Below are positions 12,001-27,000 of a stretch of DNA of 64,000 nucleotides, in pieces. Position 1 is the first letter of the stretch, and each line of letters starts with the position of its first letter. Below the pieces are notes generated by a model, which worked only from the letters and a program-made list of their open reading frames with translations, was not told the origin of the DNA and ran no database searches. The DNA is from Phoronis australis. Taxonomy: Eukaryota > Animalia > Phoronida. A program made the translations under genes and the position numbers. Location of the stretch: the NCBI GenBank assembly GCA_002633005.1, contig NMRA01000308.1, positions 62,001-126,000 of the forward strand, written 5' to 3'.

Positions 12001-15000
12001 AAAGACATTGTCTAAATAAGACATGAGGTCCAAAACTGACCGATCCACTTACCCACCCAGAGACATTATCTAAATAAGACACGAGGTCCAAAACTGACCG
12101 ATCCACTTACCCACCCAGAGACATTGTCTAAATAAGACATGAGGTCCAAAACTGACCATTCCACTTACCCACCCAGAGACATTGTCTCAACATGACATGG
12201 GGTCCAAAACTGGCTGATCCACTTACCCACACAGAGACATTGTCTCAATAAGACATGAGGTCCAAAACTGGCCATTCCACTTACCCATCCTAAGACACTG
12301 TCTCATTATGCCTCCTGTCTGCATGTTCTTTTCCTTCTCTAGTTCTGTAAAAGTAGTTGAGCTCGTGAATACCAGAATATCCGCCATATTCATCAAACGC
12401 TGTAGGAATGACATAGCCTGCTCCAGGGTCAGGCCGTGGTTTGATTCCGCCAGGTCAATCTCACCCTGTAAGCAGATCCAGCATTGTTTACAGAAAACAG
12501 ATTTAAATGAATTGGGCGATACCACTGCATACTTCTTTCAATTTAATAGCAATCTGAGATTCCAAACTCATGCCAGTGAATCAAATTTCCCCCACACTGC
12601 TAAGTAAAACTCCATCCCTGTTTATCCACTGTAATATCCTAAGGTCATAATCTTGCATCAAAGTCACCAGTCACCACAAAATATAACCTCCCTAAAACAT
12701 TTAATCACAACCCTGTTACGTGTATTTTTTGACTGGGACAAAAACAAATCTCATTGTTTAAAAAACTTACAGAAACATGCTTTTGGTGTAAAATGGATCA
12801 AGCACAACGCATCATTCAAAAACATCTGATCAGATGGCATACAAGAAACAAGCCAGCCAATTACTTACACTAGATGATGTTGCTGCAGCAAGTAATGGAA
12901 GAAGACCACCCACTGAGGTGATAAGATTGTCAATCAACTGAGAAATCATGTGGATGGTGTTGATGACAAAGATCTGATTCTCTGTAGCATTGACAAAGTC
13001 AATCACAGTCTTGTTACTATGGCTGCAAACAAAAAGATCTCCAATAAACTACACTGGATGTGTTCTATTCAACACCCAGAGCATTTAGACTAGACAAATA
13101 GAACATCTAAGAGTGAGCAACAAGAAAACAATGTCAGTTCCAATGCATTTCACTGTTTTGATGGTTAAAAACTAAAAATGAATTAGGCCTTTCTCTCAAA
13201 CAAAATAGGCCTCCTTCCTACGGTAGGGATTTATTTCCATTATCAACAAGAGTATCAAAACCATCAGTGACTCAACAAAATACTTCCAAATTTATTGCAG
13301 TTGGCCAACCCTAGAATTGTGAATTCAAAATAGCATGTTTACACATTGCCTGCAAGTTAAGTTGTTGCCTTATTCAGCAACAATTTAAGGTCAGATTAGC
13401 GTAATTATGTTTTCAAACCCCAAAGTGATTCGGTTAAGAATTCAAGTTTTATGTTTTAGCCAGCTAAACAGAGCAAAATACAGCTTTAAAGGTGATTTTT
13501 TAAAAATTCGAAGGTAATTATTCCTAACAGATACTGCATGTCAGTACCTGTGAATGATAACTATTCCATTCCAATTCCTTACAATTACGTTTACACCACC
13601 TGTTATCACAACTGAATAAAAATTTCAAATTAGCTACATGGAACACAGAAGTAGTTTTTTTACCAGTAATATCAATTGGCAAATTACAAATTACATGATA
13701 GTGTGTATTGACTTAAGAGTACGCAGTCCACAGGGCAGTAACAGCTTGGACAGGGCATCCTTAACCTTAACACAAGTGTGTATTGCAGACTACAAGTAGA
13801 GTTTTTGATATAATTCAAAGATGACATGAAACACGATAATAATACCAGTCAAATTAAGGACTACAATGTTGTAAGTATGTTCATCACTCACTTGGTGCAA
13901 TTTGGAGTCCCTATGTTAAAGCCTAACATGAACCATTTCACTAACTATAACTTGTCATTCACTAAGGGTTACTACTTTTCTACTAAACTCACGTCTTCCA
14001 CACTTGTATCTCAGTCTCCAGTGAGAACAGCAGGTCAGACAGCAGCCTCTGGTGTATAAATGACCAACGGAACTCAGGGATGCGGAATGGTGGTGCCCTA
14101 GGTCCGGGATTGAACATCTGGTGTGACCCATTGGACCTGGGTCGACTCGACGCCCGCTGGTGACTCTCTGCAGCTATTCCAGAAGTCTCACTACTCAACA
14201 CAGACTGTTTGGAAGGTACAACAGTATCTAATGAAAGATCTGTACCATCATCTTTGGGTTCTACTATTGGCACCGTGTCGTCGGTTGACACATGTGAGGT
14301 TCCAGTTGGTCCACCTGAAGTTACAGTAACTGTTCTATCTTCTGAAGTTACGCCTCCATCTCCCGAGGTAACCACTGCATCTCCTGAGGTGACGTCTGCA
14401 TCTCCCAAGGTGACGTCTGCATCTCCTGAGGTGACGTCTTCTTCTCCCGAGATGACCTCTGCATCTCCTGAGGTGACGTCTGCATCTCCCGAGGTGACGG
14501 ATGCATCATCTAACCTGACAGTTGCACCTCCTGCCTCTTTGCTCACTTCCTCCACCACTGTCTTTTGATTACTGATACTCTCCAAATCTTTTTCTACAAT
14601 CGCTGCGGCTCCCCTGACAATTTCATCAACAAACTCTATTATCTCAGCTGGAATATCTAACTTCTCGGACACTTGTTGAACATCTTCCTGTTCTATTTCT
14701 GAAGTGTTTTCACCAGGTGTCTCTGCAGCCTCTTTGTTATCGCCCACAATGCTGCCTTCATGAGGTGATGACTGCTGTTCATTCGTAGATTCGGTTGCCA
14801 TGGTTTGATCCTCAGTTATCTCTGTAATTTTTACAGTGCTTTTCTTTGGTGGAGGCTGCAAAAAGAAAAAGAAAAGTTTTGTGAGATTTGTAAGGCAAAT
14901 GATAGTGCTATTTTTGAAGGTTAGCACTTTGTTATTATTTAAAACTGAAATACAAAGGCTGTACCTGTCATTTTTCGTTCATGTTAAAACCAAGACTAAT

Positions 15001-18000
15001 TTCATCTACACAAAGATGCCACTACAGGAAAGTAACTCTGATGTGTCCTCTACACGTAGCTTGGTAGTCAAAGCCAATATCCTCATTAATGGTTCAAGTA
15101 AATTCAGTATAGAAACTAAACTCATACTGCTTCAATCTGTTGTATCATTTGTTTATCATAGTCTGTTGTTGTATTGATGTGTTGTAAGTCAATGTCACAT
15201 TTCACTTTTCTCTTTCTGTTATTCTTGTATATAATGATCACAGTTGAATACTTCTATTTATTATTTATTATTGTGTGTTCATTGTCAAAACGACTGAGCT
15301 ACTCTCTTGTATGTATCCACTACTAAGACTGAGCTCAGAGAGGTAGGATACAGCTCTGTGCAATGCTCTATTGTCTGCCAGTAAAGCCAGTATTTGAAAC
15401 TGTTTCCCCAAACGAGAGTCCAGGGCTCAAACCACTAAGCCAAACTGTCTCCTAAATCTTTTGATTTAGACCACTTGCTACTAGAAAATAAACTGTACTG
15501 AAATACTGTACATTAATCAACTCAGAGGCAATTTCTGAGCTTGTATAAGGCCAGGATACAGAAGTTGTCTTGTCACGGACGACTATTTTATGCACAAGGC
15601 ATGATCTCAAGTATTGATAAACATTAGTTTTTTCACGCCAAGAAATCACAGTGACTTCTAATCTGGATATAAAAAAGATGAGATCAGTTTCATAGCAACA
15701 AGGGGCCTAAATCAAAAGTTTCTTAACAGAACATGAATTAACAAATTTAAAGTGCCACAGGACTGGGAAATATCAACATACCACATTTTGAAGAGTTGCG
15801 TCTGAGATTCCTGATATGGTGCTAACAGGATGTTGCCTTCGTTCCTCTGGGTCAGAAATATGTTCTGCCCTCTGTTGCTCAAACTGTCTGTACATGCGTG
15901 ACATGTGGATACGGAAGTCCTCGTAGGATATCTGAAATGGTGGCATAGTTACGTGATGCATGATAATGACGGAAAAGGAAATACATGCAACATTACTCTG
16001 CAGTACACTTACTAACATGGCTTGCAACTGACTGCAGGAAAACATTTTAGATGTCTTTTATCCTAGCTTGGAACTCATCATCACGTTAAGAATTAGAATG
16101 CAATTTAAGTTCCACCAATGCTCTAAAATGTTAGAATTAAGTCAATCTTGCATTGGAAAACTGCCCGCATTTACTATATGTCTATACAATAGGACTGAAT
16201 AGGGCCTAATTTGAATATGCAGCTCAATGGTTTGTGTGGTGGACTGACAACTGAGAGGTGGTGGATTCAACCTCAGGCTGATGCAGTCCTGCAGTACTTC
16301 CCGGGCAAAGCACTTATTCAAACTATCTTGCTACAGTTGACTCAGCTGCAAATAGTGCCCTTAAATAGTCTAGTGTCCTGTCCACAGTGGAAGTTGAAAG
16401 ACACACCCCCTCACACTACAGAAGCTGGAGTTTGTAGCTGGTCCTATGAGCCTGATGGATGGTGAAGGATTTACTTTACAATGGCTCTGCCAGGACCCCT
16501 AATCCAAGTGTTTCCTTAGAGTGCAGTGTGGCCAGAGTATCCAACAGACCCTGCTATGACCCCCAGCACACCCTAGTGGTTACTTTAGAATGAAGTATGG
16601 ATGAAATATCTATCCACATCCTGCCATGACTCCCAATGCCCCCTGGTGGTAACCTTAGGATGCAGTATGATCAGAATATCTAACCACACCCTGCCAGAGT
16701 TCCAAGTGTCCACGAGTGGTTACTTAGAGCACAATATGGCCAGAATACCTATGCACACCCTGTCAGAGATCTTCCAGTGCCCCCTAGTGGTTACCTTAGA
16801 ATGCAATATGGCCAGAGTATCTATCCACACCCTCCAGCCTCCATACTCCAGTTTGATAGCATGGTGTAGAAGCATGCGGAACAATGACATCACCATCTCT
16901 GTCACGCGTTTCTCGTCCTCTCCACGGGGATAGATGTGTGCAAGCGAGAACAGCCAGTCCTGCCATACTGACATTTGGAGGACAATTCTGGAACAAGATA
17001 AACACAAGCCATGACCTTGGAATAAACTTTTACCTTCACTGTTTCCCACTTCAATATGTCATCAATCTTACTTCAAATATACAAACTGGGGGTTTCCAGT
17101 TGCAACTAACACAGCTGAAGACATTACAACAGTGCTCAAGTGAAAACTGATGTCATTATTTAATATTCAATGAGCTACATGAAATGCTATAGACCACCAT
17201 TAACATGCAGATTGATGTTCAAGACTCCTCCCAATTCATCACAAGTATGTTACCTTTTATTCTCCTTGCTGTTAGTACACATGATAGTGAGGTCAGACAG
17301 GAACCTCCTCTTGACGTCCATTAACTCAAGACTTGGTGTGGAATGTTTGATCATTACCGCAACCACCTTGAGAATTACTGTAAATAAACACACGATATTA
17401 CAGCACCTGGTATGAGACCATAAACTATTGTAGATGGACTGCCAACTCTGTACATTCTGTGCACACAAATCGTGCTGTGAAGTCACTATTCACAAGTGAC
17501 ACCTGGGCGAGTCACCGTTTTACTTCTGGCAAGTAAGTCGTCAGCTCACTAACCGGAAAGTGCTAACTCCTATGAGAATTCCATAAGAAAATATCTGAGT
17601 TGCGAAAATGATGTCTGTGATCTATGATGTGACCACAATTTAGAATCTTATAGCCAATTTCCTGTAATAATTAATGGTTTCTTGTTTAAAAGTCATTCCA
17701 TGCACACAATGTTGTATTTGGTAAAAAGAAGCTGTTAGAAATGAACTTAAATAAGCCCAGCTGAATATATGGCTGACTGGGGCACATATTTCAAGAAACA
17801 GATGCACGATTGAATCCTAAAACTTTGAACAATTTCAAAGAAAATGGACGTCAGGCAAATATTTGGATATGACTTTTAGCCCCAAATAAGCCATCCAGCC
17901 TTTGCAGTAATTTTCTTTGTTTGACAAAGTGAAGCTGTTCACAACAATTGAAATGGTAATGATGCAATTGTTTGCTTTAAGCAGGACAGCGAATTGTAAC

Positions 18001-21000
18001 TTGGTGGTAAATTGTTTAACAAAGTGAAGCTTACGTGGATTCTCCAGTCTATAAGTTGAATCAGGCTCCGGGTGAGGGCCGGCCACTATCTGACTAGTGA
18101 TGTGCTCTGTGAGGATCTGAAGTAAATAAACTCATACTTACACCCACAACTAGATGAGAATGTACAATGTCTCAAGAAACTAACAAAACCAGAATAACAT
18201 TAACTATCTTACAGTGCTTGTTCAATTATTTTCCACAAAAGTTGTCATTTTTGTAACTTTCAAAAGGCAAATGATAAACTCATCCAAAAGTTGCTTCAGG
18301 GCATCAAGATTAAACAACAAGCTAATCATCGGCTGAAATAAATGAACAATTACTGTTATTAGTTGGTTTCTTAACTTAAGAAATTAAAGAATTTGTTTAA
18401 TAAAGATCATAAGTAGTAGTAAATTTCCCAGGTTATGTGTCACTCGAGTAATCCATTGCTTACCAAAGCCTGACCTACACAATTGTAACTCTATATAAAT
18501 ATACATAGTACAGAGATATCTGAATCAAAATGAAGTGCAACAAAATATGAATTTTACTTTGCAACAAAATATGAATTTTACTTTCTTAGTGTCAACATAT
18601 CCATCACACTTTTGTGATAAAATGCTCTGCAAAACCCTGATAGTTAGTTGCAAACTATTAAATATATCGTCAATTAACTCCGCCAGAGGGTGTAATCCTT
18701 GCCACTGTTACCTCAAAGAGAGCGTTGTAGGTTGTCATGGTTATTGTCTTTGTGTTGAGCAAGAGTCGTTCAGACAAAAGAGAGAAGAGGTTGTGAGGGG
18801 CCATAACACTGTGCTTCCTCCTGCAACACAAAGTATGACATAGTTACCTCAGCCACTGACATACAGGCATATAGGGGGCGCTGTGTACATTAAGGCTAGT
18901 GTCGTGCACAGGAGACTGCTTGAAATGCTAATGACAATATTCAACCTTGAGGTAAAGATCACAACTTACTCTAAGTTCAATTGTTCACAGATCAAACTGC
19001 CGGTCAATAGCTGACCCTACAACACCTGTTAGTTACGCACATCACCATTAACAATAACTTTTCTAATGATTCAGTTGAACATTCAGCTCTCATGTTTAGA
19101 TTATTGAAGTACCATGCAGTGTAACCATTTTTTCATTCATGTTTTAGGGAGGAACCTTTTATTTTGGTAGTTTAATACAGCAGCTTAGGGTTCCTAATTA
19201 GGCATGATAACACCATGAACTGAACACAGTGTATAGATTGCTTCAAAACAAAGATTCGCCTCTGTTCATTTGATTGATTCAGTTTGAAGTTTGTGGTGTG
19301 TGGAACTTCAACATAACATGTATAACAATTACAACGGATTCCAAAGCCAAGGACATTTCAGTTATAATATACGATCATATGTACAAATTGAAAAATACAA
19401 TTATCGCTAAAAAATAAAATTACCAACTGAAAAATAAAATTACCAAAAAATAACTTAATTTTGTTACGTGAGACTTACTAAGTGAACAAAACTACAATCA
19501 GTGTTAGTTTTGTTAGGAAAAACGTTGTTAAAGTGGCCACATCTGGTGAAATCTGAGCTTACCAGAATCAAAAAAATCTACATTTTATTTGCCTAAAATA
19601 TTCTGAATTATGAGAACAAGTGATCAATTTATTATTGTGTGATATTTCCATGGTGTTCCATGAAACACTGTCACTTTTTTCCTTTACTTGATGGCAATGA
19701 TTTTTTGACATATAGTTCCCCAGGTAATCACCAGGTAGAACATAATATAAATTCATATTATTCAGCATGTAACTAAGAAATAGACAATTTGAACTAACCT
19801 TATAGTGAGAGTGTCATTTAGAAGAATACTGTACAAAGAATAGTAAGACACACCATTTCTCAAAATACACTGAAGACGAAAATTAATGTTAAAACTGTAA
19901 AATCAACGACAAAAAGATTGGCCACTTCACTGCAGACATTTAAGAGCGAGAAACCAGCTTGCAACTTTTCCAAGTAAGTGAATTTTACTTTATATGCAAA
20001 ATGGAGATCAGTTTTTGATTTCCACAGAGTAATTACTGATCAGGTGCTTTTCAGATGATATGTGCACATTTCAGATTAACATATACTTTACATTAGCATG
20101 TTTGCTGTGAGCCTGTTGACATTAAATGGATACAAGTGATTATCTGGGACTTAACACCCATACTGTCCCCTACCTGACAAGGGAGTAACAAACTACTACA
20201 CTACATGGCTAAAAGACACCCCCATTGCTAGGTACCTCTCATCAACCCTTTCCAATCAACATGAAGTACATCCCCAATCAGGAGATAATAGGCGACCTTG
20301 ACATTCACTAAGTGATGCAAATGAAGAACAGTCCTCTGTTTATCATCTGAACAGACTGAGAACAGAAACTTTACAACCAATATGCGGGCATGTGGAATAG
20401 AGGTCCCATGTGACTACCTGAATGCAGGCATTTCAGCCTACAAGTGGGGCTGTTGCTTCACTAGCATCCCCTATTGAATTTTGAGTTACCCGTTGGCAAT
20501 ACTGGTCCCACGGCACTTATCACTGCTTTGAACAAGACCTATAATATTCATATGTTCAACCATGACTCATTCACTTACTTGGGTGTACTCCTCATCAGGA
20601 AGTAGCCCAACAGTTTGAGTGCCTGAATACGGACAGCCTCACTAGAGGACGCCAGTAGTTTAAACACGGTCCTGATGCCGTTGTTACGGTCAAATGCCGG
20701 TACCATCGACGATGGATGCTCAGACATCAGAGACACCAACAGGTGGAGAACATCAATCAGATTGTCATCCTGTGGAAGCGACAAACAAAACTTGATGAGA
20801 AGTTAGAAGTGACTACACCACAGCAAAACTCACTATTATCACATAGAGTGTTCAAATAATTTCCAATGGAACTGAAGACGTGCAGGTAAAAATTTTTTAG
20901 TTTTTGATATGGTAAAATCTCACTAATTTTGGACAAAAATAATTCACCAAAATTGTTCTTTCTTCATGGAAAAGGTAACTTCTGGACTTTAACATCCACC

Positions 21001-24000
21001 ATAACTCCTAAAAAATATGTGGCTTAAGATACAGAGTTGCAGAACTACCCTGGGAAAGGTTTACTCTATGTATTCAGTCAAAAGCTAGTCTCACACCTAA
21101 CTACTACTAGTCTAGTGAACAACTCGAAAATGAGGCCATTTGATCGGATGTTTTAACATTGATACTAAGCTACGATCTGATTTGTATGCGTATTTCAACA
21201 TTTCAAATCATCTCTCATTTCTTTTACTTTCTATAATGTTTCTGAGACAAAATACACATTCAGTTGTTGCTCAATGATTTCATTTGCACATTGTTCTTTT
21301 TGGATAATATAACATACGAATAAAGAAGCTCAGTTGTTGAGTAAACCAAAACAAAGTTTTGCTTGAATGACAAATTGTGAGCCGTGGGCGTGGCATTCAT
21401 TGTCAGTGGGGATGGCATTCATTGTCAGGATTATCACTCAAGTTAAAGCAGTTAATATTGTCAAAGCATGTTCTTTATGTTCAGCTAATTTGAATATACC
21501 GGTTGACCTCATCCTCATTTGACCAATGGAGAATACGATGTCAGAGGGTTTTTCACCAGAATCTATTGATAGTAGAGGCTGGATTCCAGACTGATCAAAA
21601 GTGTGAACCAACTATGCCATCTAGTGTTCAATCCCTAGAACTACAAGCAACTCCAGTGTCGCTACCAGAGACAAATTAGTGGAAAGGTGCAAGGAGTTGT
21701 AACAGAGTTGCAATAAACCAGAGTTTTGCTAATGGGAAAGTGACACAAATTATAAAGATTTTACCATATCAGTGACTAAAGGTTAGGAGAATGTTAAAGT
21801 ACCCCTCACATAGCAGTGTTTGGAGTCAAGCAGGTTGATCTAATCATGGAGAATTTAATAAGTCATCAGAACTACTGGTCAAATCACAGTAATTTTCTTA
21901 ATTCTACTGAATTACAGGGACTTGTTCAAATCTCAAGGTGTTAAAATTATAAATTTTGAGAATGGATAACAAGCACTATTAATAATTAAGTTATTCTGCT
22001 ACTGATTTCTTAAAAGTGCAATTAAAAGTAAGCAGCTCAAAGTAGTTACACGATGACATAAACTGTCTACATTTCAACTAACCATTTATTCAGAAAAATG
22101 AAACGGAGAGTTGCCAGAATAACAGATTCAGTTAACAAAGAGATGAAGATTGTGAGATCACAAAATCACACAGTGTGCTTTGTTTGAGGCAGATGATACA
22201 ATAAAAACAATGAAGAAGACCTGAGGTACACTTCACAAACAGTCTCTACCTGACAGAAGCAACACTGGGTGCGGTTAAATGAACAAATGAATTAATTTTG
22301 CACAAACAGACAACAACATTACAGGATATTTGACAGAGCATAATTAAACTTAGTAATGTTAGATTTCAGATTATATCCAGATAAAGTTTGAAGATCTTCC
22401 AATCAAAACAACTACAAATAACAAACTTTAACAGCACAGATACCAGTGACACTACACTACCCTGCAAGACATGGTGGCTTTCAAAATAATTAAAACTTGA
22501 AATACCAGAATTAAAGGTGGACAAAAAGCATCAACATTTTTCATGAAATTACACAAGTCTTGAGGTGAGCACGGATAACAACTAACATCACAGATTGTCT
22601 AGATTTGAAGATTGAATGGGAATCCAGAGATAACTAAGCCGAGACAGTGAAGTTGTGCATCACTGCCATTACATGTACCCACCTCATGTACAGTGGAGAG
22701 GTAGTTCAACATAGCCTGTAGTTCATCTTCCAGTATACCCTGGCCTCTGATCACCAGCTGCTTCAGGTAGAGCAGAATGTAGGCACGTAAGGCAACCACC
22801 TGCTCACGGCTGGGCCGAGAACCATCTGAAATTGGAGGTAGTGCTAATTATAATACTTCAGCCAGAGTGACGTAAGTGTCTCTATGCAGTTTACAAGCAC
22901 AGATATTATTATGTCTTATACTGAAGTGAGCCCAATTCACGGAGGACACAGCCTGTCATAATATTCATATGTTGCTGGTGTCAATGTACTGTCACAATAA
23001 CAAAGACTATTACACAGTTATTACTTGCCATCACTTACCTACACCCCTGGGCATGATGCCGCTCCTATGTTGAGGGTTGATCACCCAGTAGTAGTAGACC
23101 AGTGTATTCATCGTAGTGAGCACACCGCTAACACGGCGGATGTTGTTATAGATGTGAGAGTCGGCCACAAACTCTGTAGCCAGGTATGTGTACAGTTTGA
23201 TTTGTACCTGCATGGATAAGGCAATAAAAACAAAAAGTCCAAGTTCAAAATTCTCAGCAGCAATAGTCAATTACAGGGGTCCCACACTTTGAGGACCAGT
23301 CTTCTCTACTTAGTGACTAGTGACTTCACACAATTGTTACAGACTAGACAAACACACCCTTCAATACTTACCGTAGTTTGTTTCTCAGTGGTGAATCATT
23401 ACCACACAGTGGCATCATGTAAACACTTACACTGAAAAACTGAACACCACTCTATGTGAGACACTAGTGGCATCACTGCTGTCATAACAACAAGTCAAAC
23501 AAACACATGAATACAAGCCAAGGCACTGGCAGAGCACTGCACAGTCATGATGATCCTACAATGCTAAAACACTCCATAGTAAACTAAAGAAATCATCATC
23601 AAGCTGTGCAATACAATGACAAGTAATGCTGCACTCCTTAAAGTATTTAGTTTCCCCTCATCTGATGCTCATTCATCCCAGATAAGTAGGTCCATAGTGG
23701 ATAAGTAGGTCCATAGTGGATAAGTAGGTCCATAGTGGATAAGTAGGTCCATAGTGGATAAGTAGGTCCATAGTGGATAAGTAGGTCCATAGTGGATAAG
23801 TAGGTCCATAGTGGATAAGTAGGTCCATAGTGGATAATTAGATCCATAGTGGATAAGTAAATACTTAGTGGATAAGTAGGTCCATAGTGGATAAGTAGGT
23901 CCATAATGGATAAGTAGGTCCATAGTGGATAAGTAGATACTTAGTGGATAAGTAGATACTTAGTGGATAAGTAGGTCCATAGTGGATAAGTAGGTCCATA

Positions 24001-27000
24001 GTGGATAAATGAGTATACAATATGGTAAAATTTCGTTTTCTCATTTGTTCAAAATAGTGCTTAGTCATATTCAAGTTCTGCACTATAGCTACAAACAGGC
24101 AATATTTTGAAAAATCATGGGCTTTTACAACATTAGAAGCCCTTGAAAATGAAAATGTGCAATTTTGGCAACTGCTTTTTGTCTGAAATTTGTGAGACTT
24201 TACCATATGTCTTGGAGATTGTTGAAATCACCTCACATGTCCACTTCTAATAGTCAACCGCACAACTTTTTCATTCAAACTCTGATTTTCAAATTAGTAA
24301 AAAATTCTTTTATCAAAAAGGAAATGACATGCTTGGAGTCATACACATAATATACAGTCGGCCACATGAAAGAAATTGGAAATAAAATAATTCCATTTAG
24401 GTCTAAAGTAACCTAGATATTATGAAATACAGTCCATAAATACCTGTACATCAGCGTATATCCAGAGGGCTGGGTTGAAGAGTATGTGGTCCAGTAACTG
24501 TTTTAACAACTGTCCACCAGACTGCAGGTTGATCAAGTACTTGGTGAGGCGAAGGAAACAATCAAGAACACCTTTTGTAAGGTGCTTACTGGAGGACTGA
24601 GGATTAAAGACAAAACAGTGGGCTAAGTGTACGGGTTAAAAGATACCCCGAAATAAAATAAATAATCAATTATCACCATAGAAACAAATACAGACATACA
24701 TTCATGATCAGAGGTCCAGTAAAGGACAAATATTGGTGACGCTTTAGATTCCTCCATCATAGCATGGCAGAAATGACATTCACCCGTTCACAAACCGGCT
24801 AAAAAAAAGCTTAACTGCTAGTATTAAGAAAACATCAGTTACATGAACAGTTACAAGTTTGTACTTTTGTGGAACTTAGCAAGTGGTTTGGGTTACTTAA
24901 AAGTGCTGCCATATCTTCTAACACTTTTGTAACTAGACAGCTTATTTCAAAGAAGAAACATGGCCAGGGGTAAGACGAATTTATCAGAGGCTGAATGCGT
25001 TTTGAAATCAATTCTCGCTTAAAAGCAATTTGGTTGGTGAGGAAAACAAATTAACTGCTGGCAAAAGTGTCCCTTTACAAACAGCTCATCTGTCAAAATG
25101 CTCACCAGTGAAACTGCTGTTTTCACTACTCATGTGAACATAGTGCCCAGTAGAAATGGGGTGCACACTCCTTGAACCAATCTCTTAATCCACTTTTGAA
25201 ACACGCAGTGATGGTACTAACACAGAGTTGTGAATGGCTGGTCTGATGGTGAATATTCAAGTCACATAAATATCCCTGAGGAAGGTCCACCATGAATGGG
25301 AATGCGTAGTGTCTTTAATTGTACAGATCAAAATTTGCAGGTATTTCTTCAATATATTAATTCAGGCATTTACACAGCGAGTTTAAAAGCATTGCAAACT
25401 CAAATTGTAAAATTCATTGAATAATTGTTTTATCTGAATAGCAATAATTACACACGAAAGAAAGTAAACTTGTAATCTGTTACCAAAGGTATGCCATACC
25501 TGACAGGTGAGAGGACCATGTGACATTGAGTAATTCACAGAAGTATGACTAGGACAAAAACATTTACAAATGTTCCTTCCTCAGGGTGGACATTAACCAC
25601 AACTCCTACCTTCTCCAGCATATTGCTGATGACCAGGAACCCCTTGTTTTGTATAAACTGTTGCTGAATAGTGACAGAGTTCTCCAACAGGTCACAGATC
25701 AGAGTCATCAGACTGGTGCTGGAAGGTGTCAGGAAACAGGTTACAAAACTACTACAACTACTATTTCATGGCTCAGACTTCAAGTTGGACATATTTTGCA
25801 ACGGTGTTATTGTTTCATTGTGCATACAGACATACCTATTGAATGCACAAATCGTGGTGTACTATATGATTTAAAATGGCATCAGTTTGTTTGCATGTTC
25901 TCACGCAAGCAGTTGATTTACGTCAACAGTTTCAATTCGCAATTGACTTATTAGAAATCTTCTGTGAATTTGTTAGATTACAAAAATTACAGGTAACATT
26001 TCTTGACATAACATACCATACAGAGAAGTCAACGAGCTCCTCTGTCGCTGAACACTCATCTTGTACACAGTCTAGTTGGCTAAAGAGTGGAAAGAGCACC
26101 TGAATGCCCCCTATTGAGTGGAGCGTGCTGTGAATGGAGTAAGTCACCACAGCCTTGACTCCCTGCAACAATGGGTGAAAGAGTGAATGTTAAAATAGTG
26201 CAAGTGGGTTTTTTACTGGAATCCTTCGTTTAATTAATTCATAACTAACCATGAGAAATTGGTGCTTACACAGGAGAATAAGAAGAAAGTTTGCAGTGCG
26301 CCAGGGAATAAAGCTTGGCCAGAACTGGTACTTAAATGTACAATGCAAACAAAGGGAGCCTTAAGCAGTTAGACCACCTCTGATTATATGATCAATCTCT
26401 ACTAACAATCAATAGATGAGATGAGCAAATAAATTTAATTTGTAATAGTCCAATGTTCATCTTTGCTCTGTACACTCGCAGTAATCTACAGAACGAAAAT
26501 GAACGGACACACAGCGAGTTTCATTGCACTAGTCTTACAAGTGAGGTAGAGTTGACTAGCAATAAAGCAGATAAAATTCAAATTATGCAGAATTTTTGTA
26601 AGTCAAACATCGAATTACGATCTTAGATCAGGTTAAAAATCTCCAGTCACATGTCCTTGCACCTTGCATTCTAAGACAAAAATCACAGAGCAGATTTTTC
26701 CAGAGACCGTGATAAAATTTTAATTATTCATTGTTCGTTAGAAAATGCAAGGACACACAGATTTCGAGATTTTTTGTTACACTGGAGCAAAGATATGATT
26801 CGTTTTGATGTATAAAATATAAAAAAACTCTATTTAATTTTTACTTCAGCCATCTTATTTGCTAAACTAGCAACTCAACTTTAGATCAAAAAGAATTTGC
26901 TGCCTCTGATGCACTGATGTTAAACACAATGCATCAAGAGTAACAAATAAGAGCCTACCTCCAGCATCAGGGCATGTGGTGTGTGTACAAAGATGGCAGG

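Noticed and set aside
19563-19577. 15-nt possible microexon with a GTAAGC donor
   Set aside because: The acceptor is A-rich with no pyrimidine tract.
23647-24206. Periodic ORFs [19 protein letters not shown]
   Set aside because: Translation of a 19-bp intronic minisatellite; no splice or homology support.
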